61,492 nt of DNA. It comes from Elusimicrobiota bacterium (lineage in GTDB: Bacteria > Elusimicrobiota > Elusimicrobia > JACQJP01). Numbering within the stretch: position 1 is the first letter of the stretch; each line of letters begins with the position of its first letter. The notes under the pieces were generated by a model that was not told where the DNA came from, did no database searches, and was given only the letters and a program-made list of their open reading frames with translations. This document shows positions 29,834 through 38,713 of this stretch, in pieces. A program made the translations under genes and the position numbers. The stretch lies in NCBI GenBank assembly GCA_016204975.1, contig JACQJP010000014.1:1-61492 (forward strand). Direction: 5' to 3'.

Positions 29834-30235
29834 CTATCGCTTAGAGTACTGGAAGCGTTTGCGGGCCTTGGGCTGGCCGGGCTTTTTGCGCTCCACCATC
29901 CTGGGATCGCGAGTCAAAAATCCCTCGCGGCGCATGAGTTTCTTGATCTTCTCATCCAGGGTGGCCAAGGCGCGCGCCAGGCCGTGTCGGACGGCCTCCG
30001 CCTGGCCGGTCACCCCGCCGCCATGAACCCGGATATAGAAATCATAGCCCTTAGATTCCGGAGCCAGCCTCAATGGAGCTAGGATTTCAAACTGATGGCG
30101 ACCATGTCCACCGAAGTGCTGCTCCACTGTTTTGGAGTTGACAAAAAGCTTGCCTTCCCCGGGAACCATGCGCACCTGAGCTACGGAGGTCTTCCGGCGG
30201 CCGGTAGCCCAAATGGGCTCTGCTCCTTTGGTCAT
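29834..30235 (-). CDS. rpsI: 30S ribosomal protein S9
   Basis: TGRRKTSVA, GGGVTGQAEA, LTRDPRMVERKK, ARKRFQYSKR. Confidence 0.98.
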   Translation of the reverse strand: MTKGAEPIWATGRRKTSVAQVRMVPGEGKLFVNSKTVEQHFGGHGRHQFEILAPLRLAPESKGYDFYIRVHGGGVTGQAEAVRHGLARALATLDEKIKKLMRREGFLTRDPRMVERKKPGQPKARKRFQYSKR

Positions 30236-30675
30236 GGCCAGGGAACCTTCACCGGCGCCTGCGCCTGGTGGGGATGCTCCGGCCCCGCATAAACCTTGAG
30301 CCTTCCCATCCGAAGGTCCCGAAGTCGATTGGGATTTAACATACGCTTGACCGCCAGCTCCACCACCCTCCGGGGGTCCTTCTCCATCTGTCTACGGATG
30401 GGAATGATCTTTTTACCGGAGGCGTAACCGGAGTGGCGGAAGTAAACCTTTTGGTCAATCTTATTTCCGGTCAAGCCCACCTTGCCGGCATTGGTGATGA
30501 CCACAAAATCCCCACAGTCCACGTGGGGATCGTAGAAAGGCTTGTGCTTGCCGATCAAAAAACCCGCCGCCTGCGAAGCCAAACGCCCCAGAGGCCTTCC
30601 CTCCGCATCCAAGTGGAGCCACCGCCGCCTCTGCCGGGCATACTCCGGGCTGGCCGAAAAAACTTTTTGAAACAT
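30232..30675 (-). CDS. rplM: 50S ribosomal protein L13
   Basis: LGRLAS, GKHKPFYDPHVDCGDFVVITNA, HSGY, HPHQAQ; ATG 30675. Confidence 0.97.
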   Translation of the reverse strand: MFQKVFSASPEYARQRRRWLHLDAEGRPLGRLASQAAGFLIGKHKPFYDPHVDCGDFVVITNAGKVGLTGNKIDQKVYFRHSGYASGKKIIPIRRQMEKDPRRVVELAVKRMLNPNRLRDLRMGRLKVYAGPEHPHQAQAPVKVPWP

Positions 30676-30712
30676 GGCGATCCCCATTGTACCACATCCT
30701 GAGCCACAAACT

Positions 30713-31723
30713 CTACAGCCAGCGGCGAAGGAGAAGCTCCTCGGCGATCTGTACGGCGTTGAAGGCCGCCCCTTTGAGCAGGTTGTCCGCCACCACCCAA
30801 AAAGACAAAACATTGCCGGACATTTCTTTCTCCTGACGGACGCGCCCCACAAAAACCGGCAGGGCTCCCGCGCTGTCCAGCGGGGTGGGATAGTTTGGGT
30901 TTCGGAGAATGCGCAGCCCGGGAAAGCGTCTCAGAACCCGAACCGCCCTCCTTTCGGAAAGAGCTCGACGGGTCTGGACCCACACCGCCTCGGAGTGTCC
31001 CCTAAAGACAGGGACCCGAACCGTGATCGCGGAAAGGCCCAGGCGCGGAAGTCCCAGGATTTTTCTGACCTCCCGAACGATCTTTCTCTCCTCCAGGCAA
31101 AGTCCATCCCTGCCGAATCCCCCAATCTGAGGAAAGAGATTGAAGAGAATCCTCCTGGGGAAAAGTCTGGGAGAGGGAATCGGCCGCCCTCGGGCCCAAG
31201 CCCGGGCCTGTTGTTCCAATTCCCGCATCGCCGGACCGCCGGCCCCGGAAACCGATTGGTAGCTGGCCACCCAGACGCGCCGGAGAGTTGCCTCCAGATG
31301 CAGGGGATAAAGAGCCAGGACCAGCTGAACAGTGGAACAGTTGGGACCGGCAATCAACCGGCGGTCCCTGCGGAGCCGGCGCGCATTGATTTCCGGAACG
31401 ACCAGGGGCACCTGAGGGTCCATGCGATAGGTGGAGGATTCATCCACGACCCACGCCCCCTGGAAAACCGCCCAGGGGGCAAACCGCCGCGTGGTCTGCT
31501 CATCCGTGGAAAAAAAAGCCAGACGACAATCCCGAAGCCCGGCCTTGGAGAGTTTCTCCACGCGCAGGCCGCGCCCCCGAAATGGGATTCTTTGTCCTGA
31601 AGACCTCTGGGTGGCGAAAAGCCTCAGCTCCCTCAATGGAAAGCGCCGCTTCTCCAGAAGCCGGATGAGTTCCCTGCCCACCATCCCCGTCGCTCCCACC
31701 GCCGCCACCTTAAAACCGCTCAT
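30713..31723 (-). CDS. asd: Aspartate-semialdehyde dehydrogenase
   Basis: VGATGMVG, PLVVPEIN, PNCST, YQSVSGAG, VRVPVFRGHS, DNLLKGAA; ATG 31723. Confidence 0.96.
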   Translation of the reverse strand: MSGFKVAAVGATGMVGRELIRLLEKRRFPLRELRLFATQRSSGQRIPFRGRGLRVEKLSKAGLRDCRLAFFSTDEQTTRRFAPWAVFQGAWVVDESSTYRMDPQVPLVVPEINARRLRRDRRLIAGPNCSTVQLVLALYPLHLEATLRRVWVASYQSVSGAGGPAMRELEQQARAWARGRPIPSPRLFPRRILFNLFPQIGGFGRDGLCLEERKIVREVRKILGLPRLGLSAITVRVPVFRGHSEAVWVQTRRALSERRAVRVLRRFPGLRILRNPNYPTPLDSAGALPVFVGRVRQEKEMSGNVLSFWVVADNLLKGAAFNAVQIAEELLLRRWL

Positions 31724-32364
31724 AAAAATAAAAGCACTTTCATGGCGTCCTCCGAAACCCATCCCCGGGCATAGGCAAAAAACAGAAAACCGGCCACCGG
31801 AAGCGAACAGATCACAAAGGCCAGAAAGGCCTTGGGCAGGGAAAGTCCCGAAATGGCCCGAACGCCCAGGATGGCGATTCCCGTCGCCCACAGGCTCATC
31901 CCCAGTTCTGAGACACGATAAAGCGCCTCTGAGCGCAGACGGACCGCCACCTCCAAAGGAAGAAACAAAAGAAGATAGAAAAGATGGAGCCAAAGCCCGA
32001 GATGGAAAAGGGGAGAAAAACCGGTCGGACGACGAAAGGCCCGCAACAGACCCCACAAAAGAAAAATGGATCCAGCGGTCAGCACCAGGCCCCAAAGACC
32101 GACCCCCAGCCAAAATCCGAACCCATGGACCGAGGCAGGAACCATCTCTCCCCCCTGCGGAAACCCAGGCGGAAGGCGCGAGTAAAAAAGTGCTGCGGCT
32201 GACACGCCTAAGCCGTAGACCCACAGCCCACCGACGAGGGCTTCGCCTGAGCCCAGGGCCTCAAAGGCACGCTGGGGACGGCGTAGAAAATGGAGAGCGA
32301 TCCTCAGCGTGCCGGTGCCCGGCGCTGAGCTGGGGGTATCGGCGGGGCCTTCAAAGTTCGCCAT
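31720..32364 (-). CDS. Membrane protein (Yip1-like)
   Basis: FLRRPQRAF followed by about five TM helices; overlaps neighbours in operon. Confidence 0.65.
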   Translation of the reverse strand: MANFEGPADTPSSAPGTGTLRIALHFLRRPQRAFEALGSGEALVGGLWVYGLGVSAAALFYSRLPPGFPQGGEMVPASVHGFGFWLGVGLWGLVLTAGSIFLLWGLLRAFRRPTGFSPLFHLGLWLHLFYLLLFLPLEVAVRLRSEALYRVSELGMSLWATGIAILGVRAISGLSLPKAFLAFVICSLPVAGFLFFAYARGWVSEDAMKVLLFL

Positions 32365-33637
32365 CTTGCTGGGAATCCTCCGGATGCACAGAATACAAAA
32401 TCATAGCCCCGACGGCAAAGAAGCCCAACAGGGAAAAGATGGCCCACCTCGGGCTCCCGGTCCACGTACGGATGACGGCAAAGAAGAGAGGGCCCAGCAC
32501 CGCAAAGAATTTCCCGGAAAAAGAGTAAAAGCCGAAAAACTCCGCCGACCTCCCACGGGGAGTCAACCGGGCATAGAGGGAGCGGCTCACCGCTTGGGTC
32601 CCGCCCAGAACGAGTCCAATGAGGGTCGCAGAGATCCAGAACTCCGGAACGCTGCGCATCCAGAGAGCCCAGAACAAAATTCCCATCCAGACCCAAAGGC
32701 TAACCGTCAGGGTCTCTCGATCTCCCCAGCGATCCGCCGTGCGGCCAAAAGCTATGGATCCCACAAAGGCCACCGCCTGCACCCACAGAAAGCACCCGAT
32801 AATGGAGGAGGTCCCCATCCCGAGCTCCTCCGCCGCAAAGACGGAGGCCATTACGATCACCGTCTCCACCCCATCGTTGTAGAAAAGATACGCCAGGAGA
32901 AACTTGGCCAGTTGGCGATAGCGCCGGACCTCCTTCAGGGTTCTCCAGAGGCTGCGCAAGCCCGCGGAAAAGGACCGTCGAATCCCCACCGGGCCCACCC
33001 TGGTCCTTTCCGAAACCCACAGGAAAAACGGCAGGGAAAAGAGAAACCACCAAACGGAAACGGTGAGAAAGGTGGCCCGCACCGGCATGTGGTTCTCCAC
33101 GGAGATGTGAAAAAAGGAGGGACTTTGAACCATCCATAGGTTCAGCCCCAGGCAAAGTCCGCCCCCCAAGTACCCCAGGGCCCACCCCAGGCCGGAGACC
33201 TGTCCCATGCGACTGGAGTCCGCCAACTCCGGAAGAAAGGCATTGTAAAAGGAGAAGGCGCCGGCAAAGCCGAGGTTGGCCAAAGCAAAGAGCAATAGGC
33301 CCCACTCCGCTTCTCCGGGCCGTACGCTGAAGAGCCCGGCCGTCCCTAGACAACCCAACAGGGTGAAGAAAAAAAGAAATTTCTTCTTGCTACCCGAGGC
33401 GTCCGCCACCGCCCCAAGCCACGGGGCAAGAAAAGCTGAGATCAGTGTAGAGCCGGAAACCGCCAGGGCCCACAAGGCGGAGCCCGGTATCCCGTAAAGT
33501 CCCTCCCGGGCCACCGCGGTGACAAAATAGACGCTGAAGACGACGGTGACGACCGTGGTGGAGAAGGCGGAATTGGCAAAGTCGTAGAGAGCCCACCACC
33601 AAACCTCCCGACGGTTCCCAGGGATCCGCACCGGCAC
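32351..33637 (-). CDS. MFS transporter (UMF1/ATG22-like)
   Basis: WALYDFANSAF, FYNAFLP, GWALGYLGG, YNDGVET, QAVSRS. Confidence 0.92.
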   Translation of the reverse strand: MPVRIPGNRREVWWWALYDFANSAFSTTVVTVVFSVYFVTAVAREGLYGIPGSALWALAVSGSTLISAFLAPWLGAVADASGSKKKFLFFFTLLGCLGTAGLFSVRPGEAEWGLLLFALANLGFAGAFSFYNAFLPELADSSRMGQVSGLGWALGYLGGGLCLGLNLWMVQSPSFFHISVENHMPVRATFLTVSVWWFLFSLPFFLWVSERTRVGPVGIRRSFSAGLRSLWRTLKEVRRYRQLAKFLLAYLFYNDGVETVIVMASVFAAEELGMGTSSIIGCFLWVQAVAFVGSIAFGRTADRWGDRETLTVSLWVWMGILFWALWMRSVPEFWISATLIGLVLGGTQAVSRSLYARLTPRGRSAEFFGFYSFSGKFFAVLGPLFFAVIRTWTGSPRWAIFSLLGFFAVGAMILYSVHPEDSQQDGEL

Positions 33638-33646
33638 CCTCCGATG

Positions 33647-34045
33647 CTAGACCTTGTAGACGGCGTCCCCCCGCCTGGCGCGCGCCGACACCAGGATTCC
33701 CACCGAATCCCCCTTCTTGGCCCGCTCCACCGGAAGGCGATCAATTTGCAGGGAGGAAACTTCCTGGGTCAGGTCGGTGGTGTGGCCCTTCACCCGGATT
33801 CGCTCGCCAACCGTCAAGGGAGCCTTGAGCTTCAAGGCAACGGCCCCCACATGTGAAAAGTAGTCCTCCGCTATCCCCAAAAAGATCCCCCCCGGAACCT
33901 GTTTTTCCGGACTGAGTTTCGGCCGGCCGCGCGCAGACCGGGGCTTCACGGCTTTCCTGCCCGGTCCTTTACCTTTCCGAACAGCCTTGCGGGCCTTGCT
34001 CGCCGTTTTCCTGACAACCTTCCTCCGCTTCTTTTTTTTGGGCAT
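33647..34045 (-). CDS. Small translation-factor-like beta-barrel protein with Lys/Arg-rich N-terminal tail
   Basis: YFSHVGAVALKL...LTVGERIRVKGHTTDLTQEVSSLQID...GDSVGI...RRGDAVYK. Confidence 0.8.
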   Translation of the reverse strand: MPKKKKRRKVVRKTASKARKAVRKGKGPGRKAVKPRSARGRPKLSPEKQVPGGIFLGIAEDYFSHVGAVALKLKAPLTVGERIRVKGHTTDLTQEVSSLQIDRLPVERAKKGDSVGILVSARARRGDAVYKV

Positions 34046-34071
34046 TCTACCCCCCTTTCCAAAAATATCCT

Positions 34072-35514
34072 CTATTTTCCGATGCAAAATCTAGAAAAGA
34101 CCGCTCCCAGGATTTCCTCCGAATCCGTCTCTCCTACCAACTCTCCCAGGGCCCGCAGGGCTGAGTGGAGAGATGCCGCCGCCAGCTCCCCCTGCCCCTC
34201 CCCCGGTGCGAAGAGACGCCCCGCCTGTTCCAGAAACTCCGCCACCCGTTCGAGCGCCTGCCTGTGCCGAAGCTCAGTCAAAAAAACCGCACCCCACTCT
34301 CGATCCGACCCCTGGGTCCAACCCGACACGCGCCGCAGAAGCTCCAACATCCCCTGGCCGGTTGCGGCGGAAACAGCGATGGGATCTTCGGGTCTGAAAC
34401 CATTCCATCGAAGGCGTTCCGGAAGATCCCTCTTGTTCAAGGCGCAGACCCAGAACTTCTCCTCCCGGCAAGCCTCTTGGACCAAATCCCGCACCACAAA
34501 ATCTTCCCGCTGCAGCGGCTGGGAACGGTCCAAAACCCACACGATTCCATCGGATCGGCGGATCGCCGCGCGAGCCCGCTCGATTCCCTCTTGCTCCACC
34601 GGGCCGAAACCTTCTGAGCGGATCCCAGCGGTATCCACCCACACAATTCCAATACCCTCCAACTCCATAAGCTCTTCCAAGGTGTCCCGGGTGGTGCCCG
34701 GAAGTTCGGCGACGATTGCCCTCTCATGACCCAGAATCCGGTTGAAGAGACTGGACTTGCCCACGTTGGGTCGGCCAACCAACGCGACCCGAAGCCCCTC
34801 CTGAATGCGGCGCGCTTTCTGAAAGGTCTGCAGCGTCCCGGAAATCTGAAGGGCCAATGCGCGGCACCTCTGGGCCGCCTCCAGCCACGAAAATGAGGGA
34901 AGCTCCTCCTCGGCGTGGTCCAGCGCCGCCTCCGCGCGCGCCAGCAGATCCAGAATCCCCTCCTTCCATCGAAAAGCCTGTCTGGAAAGCCTCCCCTCCA
35001 TCTGCCCCAGCGCGACGCGGTGTGCCGCACGGGTCTTGGAGCGGATCAAGCGGCAGACCGCCTCAGCCTGCGTAAGATCCATCTTCCCGTTGAGGTATGC
35101 CCGGAGGGTGAACTCCCCGGGTTGGGCCAGACGCGCCCCCCTCTCCACCGCCAGCTCCATCGTCCGCCGCAGAACATAGGGAGAGCCATGGCAGAAAATC
35201 TCCACCACATCCTCTCCGGTATAGCTGCGAGGGGAGCGATACAGGGTCGCCAGGGCCCGATCCAACAAATGCCCGTCCACTTCCCAGAGGCGCACCGGCT
35301 CCAGGTGCCTGGGCGTCAGCCCTTGGAGATCCGGAGAAGCTCCCACCAAAGACTGAGAAATGTCAATCGCTTGCGGGCCGCTCAGCCGAACGATGCCGAT
35401 GGCCCCCTCCCCAGAAGGAGTGCCCACCGCCACAATGGTGTCCAGCACGCCGGGCTCCTCTGGAGCCCCGGCGGGGACCCGGAGCGCTGCGGAGGGTGCT
35501 GAGTCCTGATTCAT
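34072..35514 (-). CDS. mnmE: tRNA modification GTPase MnmE
   Basis: DTIVA, SYTGEDVVE, GRPNVGKSS, GTTRD, DTAG, C-terminal FCIGK. Confidence 0.97.
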   Translation of the reverse strand: MNQDSAPSAALRVPAGAPEEPGVLDTIVAVGTPSGEGAIGIVRLSGPQAIDISQSLVGASPDLQGLTPRHLEPVRLWEVDGHLLDRALATLYRSPRSYTGEDVVEIFCHGSPYVLRRTMELAVERGARLAQPGEFTLRAYLNGKMDLTQAEAVCRLIRSKTRAAHRVALGQMEGRLSRQAFRWKEGILDLLARAEAALDHAEEELPSFSWLEAAQRCRALALQISGTLQTFQKARRIQEGLRVALVGRPNVGKSSLFNRILGHERAIVAELPGTTRDTLEELMELEGIGIVWVDTAGIRSEGFGPVEQEGIERARAAIRRSDGIVWVLDRSQPLQREDFVVRDLVQEACREEKFWVCALNKRDLPERLRWNGFRPEDPIAVSAATGQGMLELLRRVSGWTQGSDREWGAVFLTELRHRQALERVAEFLEQAGRLFAPGEGQGELAAASLHSALRALGELVGETDSEEILGAVFSRFCIGK

Positions 35515-36305
35515 CCTTCTTTTTCCTTTTTCGGAACAAGGACTACCTTCCGCCAGGGCCCGTCCCCCTCGGACTGTGTCTCTATGGAAGGATGCCCCGC
35601 CAGCGCCTTATGGACCAGCCGACGAAAATAAGCTCCCATCGGCTCCAGAGAGTGGGCCACACCGGACCTCTCCACCTCCTGGACCGTCCGGGAGACCTGC
35701 GCCAGAATGCGGTCCTCGTGCCGCTTCCAGTATCCCTGGGTGTCAATCTGGACCGCCACCGGCTGCCCGACCTTGCGTGTGGCGATCAACGTGACCAGAA
35801 GTTGAAAAGCCTCCAGGGTTCGCCCTTCTCTCCCGATCAAAAGACCTCCCTGGTCCGTCTCCACCTCCACCCGGTAGCGGGACTGCGAGGCTTCCCAACT
35901 CACTGCCGCGGGCGAGGCAGAAAAACCCATAAAGCCCAGTATCTTCTGGGCCGTTGAAGAAACGATCTCTCGAGCCCCCTCTATCTCCGCCGTCCCAGGG
36001 GAGCTCGGCAGCGACGCAGGCGCTGCTGGAGGGGCTCCCTCCGGCCCGGTCCGGTGAGGCCGCAGCGACGGAGGCTTTGCAGTGCGCGCCCCGGAACCGG
36101 TCCTCGACTCCGCCGGCGTTGGTGGCTCCCACCTCTTTTCCCGAACAAGCACGCGGGCGGCCTTTACCCGCAGCCCGAAAAACCCGGAGGCCGCCTCCTG
36201 CAAAACCGTCACCTCCACTTGGTCCCGCCTCAAAGATAGCTTTTTCAGGGCCTGTTCCACCGCATTGGGAACATCTACACCTTCGCTGATGCACTCTTCG
36301 CTCAT
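35511..36305 (-). CDS. jag: Jag/KhpB (EloR) RNA-binding protein
   Basis: Jag_N GFFG; KH LLIGREGRTLEAFQ; R3H-type RRLVH...SEG. Confidence 0.92.
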   Translation of the reverse strand: MSEECISEGVDVPNAVEQALKKLSLRRDQVEVTVLQEAASGFFGLRVKAARVLVREKRWEPPTPAESRTGSGARTAKPPSLRPHRTGPEGAPPAAPASLPSSPGTAEIEGAREIVSSTAQKILGFMGFSASPAAVSWEASQSRYRVEVETDQGGLLIGREGRTLEAFQLLVTLIATRKVGQPVAVQIDTQGYWKRHEDRILAQVSRTVQEVERSGVAHSLEPMGAYFRRLVHKALAGHPSIETQSEGDGPWRKVVLVPKKEKEG

Positions 36306-36324
36306 GATTCACCTCGATTCACTC

Positions 36325-37827
36325 TCATCGGTAGCGCTTCAGAAGCACTCCCTGCTGGCAAATATTCAGAATGTTGTTGGTCAGCCAATAGAGAACCAAC
36401 CCTGAAGGAAAACGGAGAAACATGAAGGTAAACAGAACCGGCATCCAGGTCATCACCTTCGCCTGTCCTGGATCTGCGGAGGCAGGATTCAGCCTTTGCT
36501 GCAGCACCATGGTCCCCCCCATGAGCAACGGCAGCACATAGTAGGGATCATGGATCGAAAGGTCGCGGATCCAAAGGACAAAAGGGGCCCCGCGAAGCTC
36601 CCAGGCGTTGCGCAGAGTCGTAAACAGCGCCCAGAAGACCGGAAGCTGAGCCAGCATGGGAAGACACCCCCCCAGGGGATTGGCCTTGTGCACTTTGTAG
36701 AGCTGCATCATCTCCACGTTGAGACGGCGGGGGTCATTTTTGAACTTCTCCTGCAACAGCTTCATCTGGGGCTGGAGCTTTTTCATTGCCGCCATGGCCC
36801 GGGTGCTCTTCAAAGAGAGCGGGAGCATCAAAACCTGGATGGCCATGGTGAGAAGCACAATCGCCCAACCGTAGTTTCCAGTCCACTGCTTGAGCTTTAA
36901 GAGGCTCACGAAGGCGATTTTTCCCAAAAAACTGAAGAAGCCGAAGTCTACCGATCTTTTCAGTCCAGAACCCAGCGACTGAAGCCTCTCATAGTCCTTT
37001 GGACCGAGGTAAAAACGAAATTTCCACTCCTGTCGGGCCCGAGGGGGGAGATCTCCCGCCTCCCAAAGAAGGTGCACCTCGGGGAAGGAGTCTTTCTTCT
37101 CTATTCGGAACCCCCGCTCCGGAAGCGCCGCGGGAGCGTCGTCCGGCTCCGGCAAGAGGGCCGCCAGAAAGTAGTGGTTGTCCAGCCCCACCCAACGCAT
37201 CACCCCACGACCCGCTTCTCCTACATCCAGCTTCCGGAACTTGCCCTCCCCTGCTGCGTCGAATAGGGCGATGGCCCGAAGCTGGCTCCCGAGATCGTTT
37301 TGACCCGGGGTCGAGAGCGGCCCCGGCCCCAACAGGAGGCTCCACCTCGGATAGCCCTGACGACTGCGGGAAGGATTCTCCAAGGTGAGCCGCAGATCCA
37401 CCCACTTTTCCCCAAGAGAAAACTCCTTGGTCCAGACCACTTGGCCGGGGAGGTTGCCGGCAAACTGGATCCGAGAGCCGTCTCTGGAGAGGAGGCGCCA
37501 GCGAACCTCCGGCTCCGTCCTGAAGAATCCCGCCCCCTCCCCCGGAATCAGGGCTACCGGCTCCCCCTCCTCGTCCAACCAATCCCAGCGGACGAGGGCT
37601 CCCTTTCCGACAGAGAAGCCGGCGCGGTAGGCCTCTTTTTCAAAAATCTGCGGAGCCTCCTCAAAAAACCCAGTCTCCTCTTCCAGCAAGGGTTCCGCAA
37701 ACCCCTCCACAGACTCCGGCGCCTGAGCCACGGGCGAGGTCTGGGGCGGCGTCCGGCTCAGCCAGCCAAACCAGGCCACATACACCAAGGCGGACAAAAG
37801 AAGCGCTAAAAGAAGATTCTTCTCCAT
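36325..37827 (-). CDS. yidC: Membrane protein insertase YidC
   Basis: MEKNLLLA, YLGPK, NYGWAIVLLT, NPLGGCLP, WIRDLS, GLVLYW. Confidence 0.96.
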   Translation of the reverse strand: MEKNLLLALLLSALVYVAWFGWLSRTPPQTSPVAQAPESVEGFAEPLLEEETGFFEEAPQIFEKEAYRAGFSVGKGALVRWDWLDEEGEPVALIPGEGAGFFRTEPEVRWRLLSRDGSRIQFAGNLPGQVVWTKEFSLGEKWVDLRLTLENPSRSRQGYPRWSLLLGPGPLSTPGQNDLGSQLRAIALFDAAGEGKFRKLDVGEAGRGVMRWVGLDNHYFLAALLPEPDDAPAALPERGFRIEKKDSFPEVHLLWEAGDLPPRARQEWKFRFYLGPKDYERLQSLGSGLKRSVDFGFFSFLGKIAFVSLLKLKQWTGNYGWAIVLLTMAIQVLMLPLSLKSTRAMAAMKKLQPQMKLLQEKFKNDPRRLNVEMMQLYKVHKANPLGGCLPMLAQLPVFWALFTTLRNAWELRGAPFVLWIRDLSIHDPYYVLPLLMGGTMVLQQRLNPASADPGQAKVMTWMPVLFTFMFLRFPSGLVLYWLTNNILNICQQGVLLKRYR

Positions 37828-38099
37828 GAAAGGTTCGCAGCAGGCGGCACAGGCTCGGGCCCCCCGGCACACCAAGGATGGCACCGGCTCAGACGCTGAA
37901 AAAAGAGAAAAAGCCCCAAAAGCGCGCCATGCTTCAGAATGGCCTCCGTTGCATATTCCGAGCAACTGGGATGAAACCGGCAGGCAGGCGGGGCGAGGAC
38001 CTTGCGAAATAGGCGAAGAAAATCAAGCAGCTCCAGAAGAAGCGTCTGGTAAAAGCCGTGCCCGGTGAAAGAGATCAAGAATGGAGGCCTGAACCGCAT
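37806..38099 (-). CDS. yidD: Membrane protein insertion efficiency factor YidD
   Basis: CRFHPSCSEYA, RLSRCHPW; between rnpA and yidC; start uncertain. Confidence 0.88.
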   Translation of the reverse strand: MRFRPPFLISFTGHGFYQTLLLELLDFLRLFRKVLAPPACRFHPSCSEYATEAILKHGALLGLFLFFQRLSRCHPWCAGGPEPVPPAANLSWRRIFF

Positions 38100-38394
38100 G
38101 AAAATCGCTGGGTTTCCACCCGGGAACGGGCCGGATCACCACATCCCACCCCAGGCGGGAATGTCCCAAATGCGTCCGAAACAACTCCCGCAGAAGCCGC
38201 TTCACTCGGTTGCGAGCGACAGCCTTCCCAAACTTCTTGGGAACCGAGATACCCAGCCGAGTCGGACCCCCTTTATCGCTAGGACCCTCTTTCTCGCGCG
38301 AATAAACCCAGACTAAAAACCTGCCGTTGCACACTCGGCGCCCCGAGTAGACGACCCTGCGAATCTCCTCAGGAGCGCGTATGCGGCAGAGCAT
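38023..38394 (-). CDS. rnpA: Ribonuclease P protein component
   Basis: RLGISVPKKFGKAVARNRVKRLLRELFR. Confidence 0.95.
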   Translation of the reverse strand: MLCRIRAPEEIRRVVYSGRRVCNGRFLVWVYSREKEGPSDKGGPTRLGISVPKKFGKAVARNRVKRLLRELFRTHLGHSRLGWDVVIRPVPGWKPSDFHAVQASILDLFHRARLLPDASSGAA

Positions 38395-38395
38395 T

Positions 38396-38533
38396 CTAAA
38401 CTAACACTAGCCGCCTTCTGCCCTTCTGCCGACGGCGGTTCAAAACCCTCCTACCGCCAGGAGTGCTTCTCCTGGCGCGAAAGCCGATCTTTCTCCTTCT
38501 CTTTAAAACATGGGGGCGATAAGTCGGCAGCAT
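38396..38533 (-). CDS. rpmH: 50S ribosomal protein L34 (below ORF-track cut-off)
   Basis: Manual translation [45 protein letters not shown]. Confidence 0.95.
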   Translation of the reverse strand: MLPTYRPHVLKRRRKIGFRARRSTPGGRRVLNRRRQKGRRRLVLV

Positions 38534-38557
38534 GGTTTCACCCTCTGTCGGGGAGGG

Positions 38558-38587
38558 ATTCTACCTCAAATTTCCTTTCGCTGTCAA
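38558..38587 (-). promoter_or_regulatory. Sigma70-type promoter of rpmH operon
   Basis: TTGACA-18-TAGAAT on minus strand. Confidence 0.7.
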
Positions 38588-38607
38588 CTAGCCCAGCGAG
38601 AGCCCTC

Positions 38608-38637
38608 TTGACGGGAAAAGCCCGAAAATCATAGAAT
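38608..38637 (+). promoter_or_regulatory. Sigma70-type promoter of dnaA
   Basis: TTGACG-18-TAGAAT. Confidence 0.65.
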
Positions 38638-38682
38638 AGGTCTTTGAATAGCTGCCGGACGTTATTAGGCATCTGAGGATAC

Positions 38683-38713
38683 TTATTAACACCTGTGAAT
38701 AACCTGTGGAAAA
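38683..38713. promoter_or_regulatory. DnaA-box cluster upstream of dnaA
   Basis: TTATTAACA 38683-91, TGTGAATAA 38694-702, TGTGGAAAA 38705-13. Confidence 0.75.

Noticed and set aside
30713-32224. 503-aa extended Asd, and similar N-terminal extensions on rplM, yidC, nadA, PHP and etfB
   Set aside because: Extensions overlap upstream genes; family homology starts at downstream start codons
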